In this document: positions 17,969 through 27,699 of the stretch, in pieces
How positions within the stretch are numbered: position 1 is the first letter of the stretch
How the letters are laid out: each line of letters begins with the position of its first letter
NCBI RefSeq assembly: GCF_040286215.1
Contig: NZ_JAVKCK010000029.1
Location: 25,879-89,878 of the forward strand
Length of the DNA: 64,000 nt
From: Microcella sp.
GTDB lineage: Bacteria; Actinomycetota; Actinomycetes; Actinomycetales; Microbacteriaceae
Direction: 5' to 3'
Position numbers and translations under genes: made by a program
The notes under the pieces: generated by a model
Told to the model about the DNA's origin: nothing
Seen by the model: the letters and a program-made list of their open reading frames with translations, nothing else
Databases searched by the model: none

Positions 17969-18277
17969 GGCGTTCCTCTCGGGTTGAGTCGGGCGAGACA
18001 TCGGGGGGCCGCGAGCTTCGGGTGCTCGTGTCCTCCCTGTGGGGGACTGGGGGTGTCCCCCGCTCACTACGAGTGTGCGCGAAACGAACATCGCACGCAG
18101 TCCCCCCTCCGGGGGTGATTCGGTCCCCAAAAAGGGGGACTCGGCCGCTCACTTTCTGTACCCCGTTCGCAGGGCGGCCCCGCAACGTCGGGAGAGTTTG
18201 CCCCTGCGTGACACTCTGGAAACATCCGCGACCCGAAAGCGCGGTTGACTGATCCTCGTTGCGGGAGGGGACCGACG

Positions 18278-19246
18278 ATGACGACGATGACAGCCATGGT
18301 GGCGCAGGAGTGGGGCGGCCCGGAAGTGCTCTCCCCCGCCGAGGTGACGATGCCGGTGCGGGCGAACGCCGAAGTGCTCGTGAAGGTCATGGCCGCGGGC
18401 GTCAACCCGATCGATGCCAAGACCCGCGCCGGCCGCGGTGTCGCGAGCGCCGTGCGGTCGTTCCCCGTCATCCTGGGCTACGACGTCGCCGGTGTCGTCG
18501 TCGAGTCACCCTATGAGGCGCACCCGCTTGCCGTGGGGCGCGAGGTGTACGGAATGTCGATGGTGCCACGCTTCGACGGCACCTACGCGGAGTACGCGGT
18601 GCTGCCGGAGGCCTCGCTGTGCCCGAAGCCCGCTTCCCTGAGCTTCACCGAGGCGGCGGGAGTGCCCGTGGCCGCCCTCACCGCGTGGGGCATGGTCGTC
18701 GACGTCGCGCGCGCGCACGAGGGGCAGCGGATGCTCATCCACGCCGGCGCGGGCGGCGTCGGGCATTTCGCCGTGCAGCTCGCCACGTACTTCGGAGCCC
18801 ACGTCACCACGACCGGCTCCGCCCGCAACCAGGGGTGGCTGCGCGAGCTGGGCGCATCCCAGGTCATCGACTACACCTCGGCGCGCTTCGAGGACCACGT
18901 GCACGATGCTGACGTCGTCATCGACCTCATCGGCAACGCGCACGACGACACGGGCACGCGGGCACTCAGCGTTCTGCGACCCGGCGGGCTTCTCGTGAAC
19001 GCGCCCACCGGCAGCTGGCCGACCATGCTGGCGGACGCGCGCGAGGCGGGCGTGCGGGCGACCGGCTACAAGGTCTCGCCGAGCGGGGCGACGCTCGCCG
19101 TGCTCTCACGCCTGTTCGAATCAGGCGACCTCCGCGTGAACCTTGAGCACGTGCTGCCGCTGCGTGAGGCCGCCGAAGCCCATCGGCTGCTCGAACAGGG
19201 TCACACGCGCGGCAAGATCGTGCTCGAGGTCTCCGCCGAGCAGTAG
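18278..19246 (+). CDS. zinc-type alcohol dehydrogenase / NADPH:quinone oxidoreductase family protein
   Basis: ORF trimmed to ATG 18278 (GGGAGGGG RBS). MDR superfamily, cofactor motif HAGAGGVGHFAVQLA. Confidence 0.88.
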   Translation: MTTMTAMVAQEWGGPEVLSPAEVTMPVRANAEVLVKVMAAGVNPIDAKTRAGRGVASAVRSFPVILGYDVAGVVVESPYEAHPLAVGREVYGMSMVPRFDGTYAEYAVLPEASLCPKPASLSFTEAAGVPVAALTAWGMVVDVARAHEGQRMLIHAGAGGVGHFAVQLATYFGAHVTTTGSARNQGWLRELGASQVIDYTSARFEDHVHDADVVIDLIGNAHDDTGTRALSVLRPGGLLVNAPTGSWPTMLADAREAGVRATGYKVSPSGATLAVLSRLFESGDLRVNLEHVLPLREAAEAHRLLEQGHTRGKIVLEVSAEQ

Positions 19247-19268
19247 GCGCGGTGCGCGACGCCGCAGG

Positions 19269-19799
19269 TCAGAGCGGCCGCTCGCGCACCCAGTCGTCCT
19301 CCCAGGTGTCCCCCACGAGGAACCTCTTGCTGCCGACCGTCTCGAACCCGCTCTTGGCGTAGAACCGGTTCGCGCGTGCGTTGTGCTGGTTGACGCCGAG
19401 CCAGACGCTCACGGCCTTTCGACGCGAGGCCGCCTCCACTGCGGCGGCGACGAGTGCCGAGGCAACCCCGCCGCCGTGGTGCGACGGATGCACGTAGAGC
19501 TTGCTCAGCTCGGCGGTCGGCCGTGCGCGCACCGCCTGCGCGACATCGGGGTCGGCCGGCTCGCCATGCACGAGCATGGCGTAGCCGACGAGCGCCCCGG
19601 CGTCCTCGGCGACGGTGATGTCGCGCCGCGCATCTCTCAGGTAGCGCCCGAACGCCTCGACGCTGAGGTGCTCGGCGATGAACGCCGCCTTCGAGGCCTC
19701 CGTCGTCGACGGCGGGCAGGCGAGCGGGAAGGTGAGGGCGGCGAGCTCGTGCAAGGCCGCGACCTCCGCCGCGATCGCGGGCCGGATGCGCGCAGTCAT
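19269..19799 (-). CDS. GNAT family N-acetyltransferase
   Basis: Trimmed to ATG 19799 (GGGAGGA RBS). Acetyl-CoA binding region VHPSHHGGGVASALVAAAV. Confidence 0.85.
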   Translation of the reverse strand: MTARIRPAIAAEVAALHELAALTFPLACPPSTTEASKAAFIAEHLSVEAFGRYLRDARRDITVAEDAGALVGYAMLVHGEPADPDVAQAVRARPTAELSKLYVHPSHHGGGVASALVAAAVEAASRRKAVSVWLGVNQHNARANRFYAKSGFETVGSKRFLVGDTWEDDWVRERPL

Positions 19800-19885
19800 C
19801 CTCCCATTCTGCCGCCCGGTCGGGGCGCAGACGACGATGGCCCCGCCGGAGCGGGGCCATCGTGGCACTGCGGCGCGGTGCGCGC

Positions 19886-20575
19886 CTAGAAGACGTTGAC
19901 GTCGAGCGGGATGCCCGGGCCGAAGGTCGTCGAGACGGTCGCCTTCTGCACGTAGCGGCCCTTCGAGCTCGACGGCTTGAGGCGCACGACCTCGTCGAGC
20001 GCTGCGTGGATGTTCTCCGACAGCTGCTCCTGCGTGAAGCCGGTCTTGCCGACGATGAAGTGCACGTTCGCGTGCTTGTCGACGCGGAACTCGATCTTGC
20101 CGCCCTTGATGTCGGTCACGGCCTTCGCCGGGTCGGGCGTCACGGTGCCGGTCTTCGGGTTGGGCATGAGGCCGCGCGGGCCCAGCACCTTGCCGAGGCG
20201 ACCGACCTGGCCCATGAGCTCGGGGGTCGAGACGGCCGAGTCGAACGCGGTGTAGCCGCCGGCGACCTTCTCGATGAGCTCGGCGCCGCCGACCTCGTCG
20301 GCGCCGGCCGCGATCGCGGCCTCGGCCGCGGGGCCGGTCGCGAACACGATGACGCGGGCGGTCTTGCCCGTGCCGTGCGGCAGGTTGACGGTGCCGCGCA
20401 CCATCTGGTCGGCCTTGCGGGGGTCGACGCCGAGCTTGAGCGCCACCTCGACGGTCGAATCCATCTTCTTGGAGCCCGTCTCGCGGGCGACGGCGACGGC
20501 CTCGTCGGGGGTGTAGAACTTGCCCGGCTCGATCTTCTCGGCCGCGGCCCGGTAGGCCTTGGACTTCTGTGCCAT
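19886..20575 (-). CDS. rplA: 50S ribosomal protein L1
   Basis: Trimmed to ATG 20575. [21 protein letters not shown]...[19 protein letters not shown]... Confidence 0.97.
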   Translation of the reverse strand: MAQKSKAYRAAAEKIEPGKFYTPDEAVAVARETGSKKMDSTVEVALKLGVDPRKADQMVRGTVNLPHGTGKTARVIVFATGPAAEAAIAAGADEVGGAELIEKVAGGYTAFDSAVSTPELMGQVGRLGKVLGPRGLMPNPKTGTVTPDPAKAVTDIKGGKIEFRVDKHANVHFIVGKTGFTQEQLSENIHAALDEVVRLKPSSSKGRYVQKATVSTTFGPGIPLDVNVF

Positions 20576-20696
20576 GTTGTGTCTCCTAGTAATGAGTTCG
20601 CGGTTGGCGAGCCTGGCTGGCTCTCCCGCTGGGATGTGGTGTTGTTCGGCGCCCACCGCCATCGCGTGACGACCTGCTGTCACGACGCGGCATCGC

Positions 20697-20718
20697 GCGA
20701 ACGCCTTTCGGCGTTCGC
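20697..20718 (-). terminator. stem-loop between rplK and rplA (attenuator/terminator candidate)
   Basis: GCGAACGCC-tttc-GGCGTTCGC, a perfect 9-bp stem in the 177-nt rplK-rplA spacer. Its function was not established. Confidence 0.35.
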
Positions 20719-20752
20719 CTCAGCGAATGACGCATGGGCGTCGCGCTCGACT

Positions 20753-21184
20753 CTACGAGTCGACCGTGATGCCCATGCTCCGCGCGGTGCCGGCGATGAT
20801 CTTCTCCGCCGCGTCGAGGTCGTTGGCGTTGAGGTCGGACTGCTTCTGCTCGGCGATCGCGCGAACCTGCTCGCGCGTGATCGAGGCGACCTTGACGGTG
20901 TGCGGGGTTCCCGAGCCCTTCTGCACGCCAGCGGCCTTCTTGATGAGCTCCGCGGCCGGCGGGGTCTTGAGGATGAACGTGAACGAGCGGTCCTCGTACA
21001 CGGTGATCTCGACCGGGATGACGTTGCCGCGCTGCGACTCGGTGGCCGCGTTGTAGGCCTTGCAGAACTCCATGATGTTGACGCCGTGCTGACCCAGCGC
21101 CGGCCCGATGGGCGGGGCGGGGTTGGCGGCGCCAGCCTGGATCTGCAGCTTGATCAGACCCGAGACCTTCTTCTTCGGTGCCAT
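20753..21184 (-). CDS. rplK: 50S ribosomal protein L11
   Basis: Trimmed to ATG 21184. [45 protein letters not shown]... Confidence 0.97.
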   Translation of the reverse strand: MAPKKKVSGLIKLQIQAGAANPAPPIGPALGQHGVNIMEFCKAYNAATESQRGNVIPVEITVYEDRSFTFILKTPPAAELIKKAAGVQKGSGTPHTVKVASITREQVRAIAEQKQSDLNANDLDAAEKIIAGTARSMGITVDS

Positions 21185-21304
21185 ATCTTCTTCCTTCGTG
21201 TCGTGCGCCATCCGGTGCGGATGTCGCGCTCCCGCCTGCGCGCCCTGTGCGCGCCGCGGTCAACTGATGAGTCTAGAGCGTGCAGCTCGGCTCGGGGTAC
21301 GCGG

Positions 21305-22267
21305 TCAGAGCTTCGTGACCTGGTCGAACGACAGCTCGACCGGGGTCTCGCGCTCGAAGAGCGAGACGAGCACCGTGAGCTTGCCGCTCTCGGGCTTGAT
21401 CTCGTTGATCGTGCCGGGGAGGCCCGCGAACGAGCCCTCCTTGATCGTGATGGTCTCGCCGACCTCGAAATCGATCTCGGCAGGGATGACGCGGGCTGCG
21501 AGCCCGCCACCCTTCGCGCCGCCCGTCTTGGCGGGCGCCTCGACGACCTGCACGGTCGACTTGAGCATCTGGAACGCCTCGTCGAAGCGCAGCGGCGTGG
21601 GGTTGTGGGCGTTGCCGACGAATCCGGTCACGCCCGGCGTGTGCCGCACGACCGACCAGCTGTCCTCATTGAGATCCATGCGCACGAGCACGTAGCTGGG
21701 GATGCGGACGCGGTTGACGAGCTTGCGCTGCCCGTTCTTGATCTCGACGACGTCCTCCATGGGAACCTGCACCTCGTAGATGCTCTCCTCCATGTTCATG
21801 GAGATCTTGCGGTTCTCGATGTTCTGCTTGACGCGCTTCTCGAAGCCGGCGTAGGAGTGCACGACATACCACTTGCCCGGCTTCATGCGCAGCTCGAGCT
21901 TGAACTCCTCGTAGGGGTCGACCTCGGGCTCCTCGGCGTCGGCCGAGGCGGCGTCCTCCTCGGGTTCGTCCGACTCGTCGTGGGTCGCCTCGGCGGCAGC
22001 GTCGGCCTCCTGCGCGGAGTCGATGTCGAGCGCATCCTCGACGACGGCGTCGGCCTCCGGGTCGGCGGCCAGGTCGAGAGCATCGAGCAGGCCCTCCAGG
22101 TCGGGCTCGCGCTCGTCGTCGTCGACGACGTGCATCGCGTTGTGCTCGGCCGGGTCGGAGGCGTGCTGCTGAGAGTCGAGCACGTTGCCCTCCTGCGCCT
22201 CGTCCTCTTCGGACGACTGCTCGGCGGCGGTCGCGAGATCGATGTCGCGCGGCAATTTCTCAGACAC
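21305..22267 (-). CDS. nusG: transcription termination/antitermination protein NusG with long acidic N-terminal extension
   Basis: Start set to GTG 22267 (AAGGAAAG upstream). The start is uncertain within the ORF that ends at 22318. NGN domain [42 protein letters not shown]. Confidence 0.93.
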   Translation of the reverse strand: MSEKLPRDIDLATAAEQSSEEDEAQEGNVLDSQQHASDPAEHNAMHVVDDDEREPDLEGLLDALDLAADPEADAVVEDALDIDSAQEADAAAEATHDESDEPEEDAASADAEEPEVDPYEEFKLELRMKPGKWYVVHSYAGFEKRVKQNIENRKISMNMEESIYEVQVPMEDVVEIKNGQRKLVNRVRIPSYVLVRMDLNEDSWSVVRHTPGVTGFVGNAHNPTPLRFDEAFQMLKSTVQVVEAPAKTGGAKGGGLAARVIPAEIDFEVGETITIKEGSFAGLPGTINEIKPESGKLTVLVSLFERETPVELSFDQVTKL

Positions 22268-22347
22268 TGCTTCTTCTTTCCTTGTGCTGTCGAACGTGCA
22301 CTGCTGTCGAACGTGCACGGTTGTCGAACATGCTCGGTGAGGCGGAC

Positions 22348-22635
22348 TCAGCCGCCGGCGCCCAGGTTTCCTGTACCGAACAGGAAGTTCACGACAGACC
22401 CGAACACGATGTCGAGGCCCGACACGATCGCCATCATGATGATCACGAAGACGAGCACGACGAGCGTGTAGGTGATGAGCTCGCGACGCGTCGGCGTGAC
22501 GACCTTGCTCAGCTCGTTGAGCACCTGGCGGATGAACAGCGCGAAACGACCGAACGGTCCGCGCTTCTCAGCGCGCTCCCGCTTCGCCTTGGCGACGACA
22601 TCCTCGCCGCCGGGCTCGTCGATCACATTGCTCAC
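22348..22635 (-). CDS. secE: preprotein translocase subunit SecE
   Basis: 95 aa. ...[41 protein letters not shown]. Canonical position between tRNA-Trp and nusG. Confidence 0.93.
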   Translation of the reverse strand: MSNVIDEPGGEDVVAKAKRERAEKRGPFGRFALFIRQVLNELSKVVTPTRRELITYTLVVLVFVIIMMAIVSGLDIVFGSVVNFLFGTGNLGAGG

Positions 22636-22748
22636 GTGATGCTCTACCTTCGTCGTTCGGGTACTGAACTGGTGGGGTGGTGCTCACCGCCGCACCCGGC
22701 GCATCGCGTGTCACATCGTGAACGGATGCGCCGAGCAGGGCGACTGTG

Positions 22749-22821
22749 CAGGGCGGACAGGACTCGAACCTGCAACCTGCGGTTTTGGAGACCGCTGCTC
22801 TACCAATTGAGCCACCGCCCT
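22749..22821 (-). tRNA. tRNA-Trp (anticodon CCA)
   Basis: Reverse strand AGGGCGGTGGCTCAATTGGTAGAGCAGCGGTCTCCAAAACCGCAGGTTGCAGGTTCGAGTCCTGTCCGCCCTG. The cloverleaf was folded by hand. The 3' CCA is not encoded. Confidence 0.93.
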
Positions 22822-22971
22822 CTGCGGTACGGCGCTGACTCGCGGGCATGCCAAAGCATGGCGGAGATCAACCACCGTTCCCCAGTGTAGGCGACGCGGG
22901 CGGGGTCTCCAACCTGACGGGATGCGCGGCGCGAGAGCCGGGCATCCCGCAGCCGCTCTGCGCTACGTCGC

Positions 22972-22977
22972 TAGACT
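22972..22977 (+). promoter_or_regulatory. -10 box TAGACT, leaderless-type promoter of the aminotransferase gene
   Basis: TAGACT-gcgggc-GTG. The hexamer fits TAnnnT and lies 6 nt before the start codon, with no RBS. Confidence 0.5.
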
Positions 22978-22983
22978 GCGGGC

Positions 22984-24189
22984 GTGACCAGCGACTCTCG
23001 ACGCATCGCCCACCGCATCGCCGCCATCAGCGAATCGGCCACCCTCAAGGTGGACGCCAAGGCCAAAGCGCTCAAGGCGGCGGGTCGGCCCGTCATCAGC
23101 TTCGCCGCGGGGGAGCCCGACTTCGCGACGCCCGACCACATCGTCGAGGCCGCCGTCGAGGCGGCGCGCGATCCGAAGAACCACCGCTACACGCCCGCTG
23201 CTGGCCTGCCCGAGCTGCGCGAGGCGATCGCCGCGAAGACCCTGCGCGACTCGGGCCTCGAGGTGCCGGCGAGCCGGGTCATCGTCACGAACGGCGGCAA
23301 GCAGGCCGTGTACCAGGCCTTCCAGACGATCGTCGACGACGGCGACGAGGTGCTGCTGCCCGCGCCGTACTGGACGACCTACCCGGAGGTCGTCGCGCTC
23401 GCCGGCGGCACGCCCGTGGAGGTATTCGCCGGCAGCGACCAGGAGTACCTGGTCACGGTCGAGCAGCTCGAGGCGGCGCGCACGCCCCGCACGAAAGTGC
23501 TGCTCTTCGTGAGCCCCTCCAACCCGACCGGCTCGGTGTACAGCCCCGAGCAGACGCGCGCGATCGGCGAGTGGGCGCTCGCCCACGGCATCTGGGTGAT
23601 CACCGACGAGATCTACCAGGCGCTCACGTACGACGGCGCACGCGCGGTGTCGATCGTCGAGGCGGTTCCCGAGCTGGCCGAGCAGTGCATCCTCGTCAAC
23701 GGCGTCGCGAAGACCTACGCGATGACGGGCTGGCGCGTCGGCTGGATGGTCGGCCCGTCAGACGTCATCGCCGCCGCCTCGAATCTGCAGTCGCACCTGT
23801 CGAGCAACGTCGCGAACGTTCCGCAGCGCGCGGCCCTCGCGGCGCTCACCGGCCCGCAGGATGCGGTGGCCACCATGCGCGAGGCCTTCGACCGCCGGCG
23901 CCGCCTGGCCGTCGCCGAGCTGAATGCGATCGACGGGATGCTCACGCCCACGCCGACCGGAGCCTTCTACGTCTACCCCGACGTGACCGGGCTGCTCGGC
24001 CGCGAGTGGCACGGCGTGACGCCGACGACCTCGCTCGAGCTCGCCGAGCTGATCCTCGAGAAGGCGGAGGTCGCGGCGGTGCCCGGCGAGGCGTTCGGCC
24101 CGAGCGGCTACCTGCGCTTCAGCTACGCGCTCGGCGACGTCGAGTTGCTCGAGGGCATCCAGCGCCTGCAGCGCTTCTTCGCCGCGTAG
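22984..24189 (+). CDS. pyridoxal-phosphate-dependent aminotransferase (aspartate aminotransferase-like)
   Basis: 401 aa, class I aminotransferase. PLP-lysine context [18 protein letters not shown]. Syntenic with actinobacterial aspC next to tRNA-Trp/secE. Confidence 0.9.
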   Translation: MTSDSRRIAHRIAAISESATLKVDAKAKALKAAGRPVISFAAGEPDFATPDHIVEAAVEAARDPKNHRYTPAAGLPELREAIAAKTLRDSGLEVPASRVIVTNGGKQAVYQAFQTIVDDGDEVLLPAPYWTTYPEVVALAGGTPVEVFAGSDQEYLVTVEQLEAARTPRTKVLLFVSPSNPTGSVYSPEQTRAIGEWALAHGIWVITDEIYQALTYDGARAVSIVEAVPELAEQCILVNGVAKTYAMTGWRVGWMVGPSDVIAAASNLQSHLSSNVANVPQRAALAALTGPQDAVATMREAFDRRRRLAVAELNAIDGMLTPTPTGAFYVYPDVTGLLGREWHGVTPTTSLELAELILEKAEVAAVPGEAFGPSGYLRFSYALGDVELLEGIQRLQRFFAA

Positions 24190-24195
24190 TCGCGC

Positions 24196-24234
24196 CTCGG
24201 CTCCTGCACGCGTGCTCTCAGTTGTGCAGCCGAG
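24196..24234. terminator. stem-loop between convergent aminotransferase and lsr2 genes
   Basis: CTCGGCT(cc)TGCAC-(14 nt)-GTGCAGCCGAG, an imperfect 11-bp stem in the 65-nt convergent gap. Confidence 0.4.
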
Positions 24235-24254
24235 TGGGGCCCGCCGTCGCCGCG

Positions 24255-24590
24255 TCAGCGCTGCGCGGCGGCGTACGCCTCGCGAATCTCGGCGGGGATG
24301 CGCCCGCGGTCGCCCACCGTGTAGCCGTTGCGCTGCGCCCACTCGCGCACCGCGGCCGTGTCGCTCGAGCCGCTCGAGCGCCTGCGCGGGGCACCGCCGG
24401 CGCGGCGGCCCGTCGAGCGCGCGTTGGCGATGAACGGTGCGAGGGCATCCCGCAGCGCCCGCTGGTTGTCGTCGGCAAGGTCGATCTCGTAGCTCGTGCC
24501 GTCAAGCGCAAAAGCGACGGTGCCGCCCCCTCCTGGCTGGATTACCGTGCCGTCGATATCGTCGACGAGTTCGGTGGTAATGCGCTTCAT
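24255..24590 (-). CDS. lsr2: Lsr2 family nucleoid-associated protein
   Basis: ORF trimmed to ATG 24590 (GAGGGGA RBS). MKRITTELVDDIDGTVIQPGGGGTVAFALDGTSYEIDLADDNQRALRDALAPFI... and a C-terminal VREWAQRNGYTVGDRGRIPAEIREAY (RGR DNA-binding motif). Confidence 0.93.
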   Translation of the reverse strand: MKRITTELVDDIDGTVIQPGGGGTVAFALDGTSYEIDLADDNQRALRDALAPFIANARSTGRRAGGAPRRRSSGSSDTAAVREWAQRNGYTVGDRGRIPAEIREAYAAAQR

Positions 24591-24757
24591 GGAAATCCCC
24601 TCGATAAGCGGTGATGCGGTGCGCATGGTGCGCGAGCCGCAATGCGGGAAATTATCCCACGAGTAGGCATTATCGCTGCCGCATCCACCGATCGGTGGAC
24701 GCAGAGTTAGGTCGAATGGCCGTTGTCGGCGTGCAGGCGCTCGGCGAGAGTGGGGGC

Positions 24758-25657
24758 ATGACAACACAGGAGAACGTCGTCGAGGTGCGCGCATTGCGCA
24801 AGAATTACGGCTCATTCGCCGCCGTCGACGGAATCGATTTCGATATTCACCGGGGCGAGACATTCGCACTGCTGGGCCCGAATGGTGCAGGAAAATCCAC
24901 CACGATCGAGATTCTCGAGGGCTATCGCGACCGCACGAGCGGCGAGGCCCGCGTGCTCGGCATCGACCCGGGGCGCGGCGGCCTCGAGTGGAAGGCGCGG
25001 CTCGGCATCGTGCTGCAGTCCTCCGGTGAGAGCGGCAACGTGACCGTGGCCGAGCAGCTGCGCCACTTCGCCGCCCTCTACCCGAACCCGCGCGACGTCG
25101 ACGAGGTGATCGCTTCGGTCGGCCTCGAGCAGAAGGCGGGCACGCTCATCCGCAAGCTCTCGGGTGGGCAGCGCCGCCGCGTCGATGTGGCCGTCGGCAT
25201 CGTCGGGCGACCCGAGCTGCTGTTCCTCGACGAGCCGACGACGGGCTTCGATCCCGAAGCGCGACGCAGCTTCTGGAACCTCATCCGCACCCTCCAGTCG
25301 GAGGGCACGACCATCCTGCTCACGACGCACTACCTCGACGAGGCAGCGCAGCTGGGCGACCGTGCCGGCGTCATCGCGGGCGGCCGCATGGTCGACCTCG
25401 CTCCGATCAACGAACTGGGCGGTGCGGATGCTCGCACCCCGATCGTGCGCTGGCGCGAGGCGGGCGAGCAGCGTGAGCAGCGCACCGACGCCCCCGGCTC
25501 TCTCGTCGCGGCCCTCCTCGACCGGATCGGGCCGGAGCCCGAGGCGCTCGAGGTGATCCGCCCGAGCCTGGAGGACGTCTACCTGGACCTCATCGGCCAC
25601 GACACGGCCACCCCTGACGCAGCATCCGAGTCGACAGAGACGGAGGTCGCACGATGA
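24758..25657 (+). CDS. ABC transporter ATP-binding protein (ABC-2/DrrA type)
   Basis: Trimmed to ATG 24758. Walker A GPNGAGKSTT, signature LSGGQRRRV, Walker B LLFLDEPTTGFD. Confidence 0.92.
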   Translation: MTTQENVVEVRALRKNYGSFAAVDGIDFDIHRGETFALLGPNGAGKSTTIEILEGYRDRTSGEARVLGIDPGRGGLEWKARLGIVLQSSGESGNVTVAEQLRHFAALYPNPRDVDEVIASVGLEQKAGTLIRKLSGGQRRRVDVAVGIVGRPELLFLDEPTTGFDPEARRSFWNLIRTLQSEGTTILLTTHYLDEAAQLGDRAGVIAGGRMVDLAPINELGGADARTPIVRWREAGEQREQRTDAPGSLVAALLDRIGPEPEALEVIRPSLEDVYLDLIGHDTATPDAASESTETEVAR

Positions 25658-26535
25658 GCGCGACAACCAGCAGCACCCCCACCCCCGCACGAACCCGCTC
25701 CGCCTCGCACGCCGTCGGCGCGAGCCTGGTGCGCGCGATCCGTCTCGGCGGTCTGCGCATCGGCTACGAGGTGCGCGCGTACTTCCGTCAGGGCGACACG
25801 GTGTTCTTCACCTTCCTCTTCCCCGTCGTCATGCTCACGATCTTCAGCGTCTCGTTCAGCCAGGCGAGCTTCGGGCAGACCGCCGACGGCGACGACGTGA
25901 GCGCCGCGTGGTTCTACCTGCCGGCGATGCTCGCCGCGGGCCTGCTGCTCAGCGGCGTGCAGAACCTCGCGATCGACATCGCGCTCGAGAAGAGCGACGG
26001 CACCCTGAAGCGGCTCGCCGGCTCGCCCCTCCCTGTCGTGAGCTACTTCATCGGCAAGCTCGGGCAGTCGTTCGTGACGGGGCTCGCGCAGGCGGCGGTG
26101 CTGCTCGCGCTCGGCTTCACGGTGTTCGGGGTGCCCCTGCCCGAGGAGGCCGAGAACTGGCTCGTCTTCGCCTGGGTGTTCGTGCTGGGTGTCGTCACCT
26201 CGGCGATTCTCGGTATCGCGCTGTCGAGCCTGCCGCGCAGCGGCAAGAGCGCCACCGCGGTCGTCATCCCCATCACCCTCGTGCTGCAGTTCATCTCGGG
26301 CGTGTACCTGCGCTTCAGCGACCTGCCCGACTGGTTGCAGAACTTCGCGAGCGTGTTCCCGCTCAAGTGGATGGCGCAGGGCATGCGCAGCGTGTTCCTG
26401 CCGGAGGAGCTCGTCGTTCTCGAGCCGAACGAATCGTGGGATCTGCCCGGGGTCGCCCTCGCGCTCGGTCTGTGGCTCGTCGTCGGTCTCGTCCTCGCCC
26501 GGGTCACCTTCCGCTGGATCCGCAAGGACAGCTGA
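25654..26535 (+). CDS. ABC-2 type transporter permease
   Basis: 293 aa with six hydrophobic helices. ATGA overlap with the ATPase stop. Confidence 0.88.
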   Translation: MSATTSSTPTPARTRSASHAVGASLVRAIRLGGLRIGYEVRAYFRQGDTVFFTFLFPVVMLTIFSVSFSQASFGQTADGDDVSAAWFYLPAMLAAGLLLSGVQNLAIDIALEKSDGTLKRLAGSPLPVVSYFIGKLGQSFVTGLAQAAVLLALGFTVFGVPLPEEAENWLVFAWVFVLGVVTSAILGIALSSLPRSGKSATAVVIPITLVLQFISGVYLRFSDLPDWLQNFASVFPLKWMAQGMRSVFLPEELVVLEPNESWDLPGVALALGLWLVVGLVLARVTFRWIRKDS

Positions 26536-27699
26536 GTGGCTAGGCTCGGCCGCATGACGGCCAGGCGTTGGTGGTGGGTCGCCGTGCTCGGCATGGCGGC
26601 CCTCACCGGCGTTCTCTCACTCCTCAACCTGCAGACGCCGTGGCGTCTCGCCTTCGCCCTCAGCGCGATCGTGCTGCTCGTGGGGGCCTGGGCGCTGCTG
26701 GGCGACAGACGGGTCGAGACGGAGACGCCGTCGTGGACTCTCATCCTCCTCATCGCCGCAGCGGCCGGTCTCGGCACCGCGGGGTTCGCAACCCTCGCGA
26801 TCCTCCAGGCGATCGCGTACCCGGTGTGCTGGGTCTTCGCCCCGCGAACACGGGACGCTGTCGTCGGCAACGTGATCATCGCCGTCGCGGTCGGCGCGGG
26901 GTTCCTCACGAGCATCGGCGGTGAGCTGGAGGACATCATCCAGATCCTCGTCACCCAGTCGCTCGCGCTGGGCTTCAGCCTCGCGATGGGTTTCTGGATC
27001 ACCCACATGGTCGCCCTGGGCGAGGAGCGGGGCCGGCTGCTCGAGGAGCTGCGGGGGGCGCAGGAGCAAATCGCCGCGCTGCACCGCGACGCCGGTGCGG
27101 CGGCCGAGCGCGAGCACCTCGCGCGCGAGCTGCACGACACGATCGCGCAAGACCTCACAGGTCTGGTGATGCTCGCGCAACGGGCGCGGCGCGAGCACGG
27201 CTCGGAGGAGAGTCTGGCCCTGGTGGAGGAGAGTGCGCGCGGCGTGCTCGCCGAGACTCGAGCGCTGGTCGCCGCCGGCGCACGCGTCGACTCGGGCGAG
27301 GTGCCGCTCGATCTGCTGAGCGCTCTGCACCGCATCGCGGAGCGCTTCCAGCGCGAGACGGGGGTGACGGTCACGGTGCAGGGGCCGCAGAAGCTCGTGC
27401 TGCCCCGTGACCTTGAGGTGGTCGTGCTGCGGTGCGCGCAGGAGGCGCTCGCGAATGCGCGCAAGCACGCGCGGGCATCCCGCATCGGGGTGACGCTCGT
27501 CGTCGGCGACGGTACCGTGCGTGTGCGGATCGTCGACGACGGCATCGGCTTCGACCCGGACGACGTGCCCGCCGGGTTCGGACTGCCCGGCATGCGTGAC
27601 CGTCTGGCGCTCGTGGACGGCGCCCTCACGGTCGAGAGCGCGCCGGGCGCGGGCACGACACTCACCGCCGAGGTGCGGGTGCAGGAGCTCGCCCTGTGA
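26536..27699 (+). CDS. sensor histidine kinase (HisKA_3 / NarX-DesK type)
   Basis: Multi-TM N-terminus. H-box LARELHDTIAQDLTG. C-terminal HATPase (GFGLPGMRDR). Start is GTG 26536 (abuts the permease stop) or ATG 26554. Confidence 0.9.
   Translation: MARLGRMTARRWWWVAVLGMAALTGVLSLLNLQTPWRLAFALSAIVLLVGAWALLGDRRVETETPSWTLILLIAAAAGLGTAGFATLAILQAIAYPVCWVFAPRTRDAVVGNVIIAVAVGAGFLTSIGGELEDIIQILVTQSLALGFSLAMGFWITHMVALGEERGRLLEELRGAQEQIAALHRDAGAAAEREHLARELHDTIAQDLTGLVMLAQRARREHGSEESLALVEESARGVLAETRALVAAGARVDSGEVPLDLLSALHRIAERFQRETGVTVTVQGPQKLVLPRDLEVVVLRCAQEALANARKHARASRIGVTLVVGDGTVRVRIVDDGIGFDPDDVPAGFGLPGMRDRLALVDGALTVESAPGAGTTLTAEVRVQELAL

Noticed and set aside
18003-18138. G-quadruplex formed by the G5/G6 runs
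   Set aside because: The runs are separated by loops of 3, 32, 57 and 18 nt, and each is flanked by complementary C-runs that would favour duplex hairpins. The observation is kept as a hairpin/repeat cluster rather than called a G4.
20576-20752. L1/L11 autoregulatory leader RNAs in the rplK-rplA and nusG-rplK spacers
   Set aside because: Hairpins exist (for example 20697-20718), but I could not recognise the L1-binding 23S-mimic motif with confidence. Only a stem-loop feature is reported. It needs an Rfam scan.
19862-22471. 869-aa ORF on the + strand spanning 2.6 kb
   Set aside because: It runs antisense to rplA, rplK, nusG and secE, whose products are unmistakable. Its translation is low-complexity and rich in R, A, G, L and D, with no motifs. 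This is the typical stop-codon-poor shadow frame of a high-GC genome.
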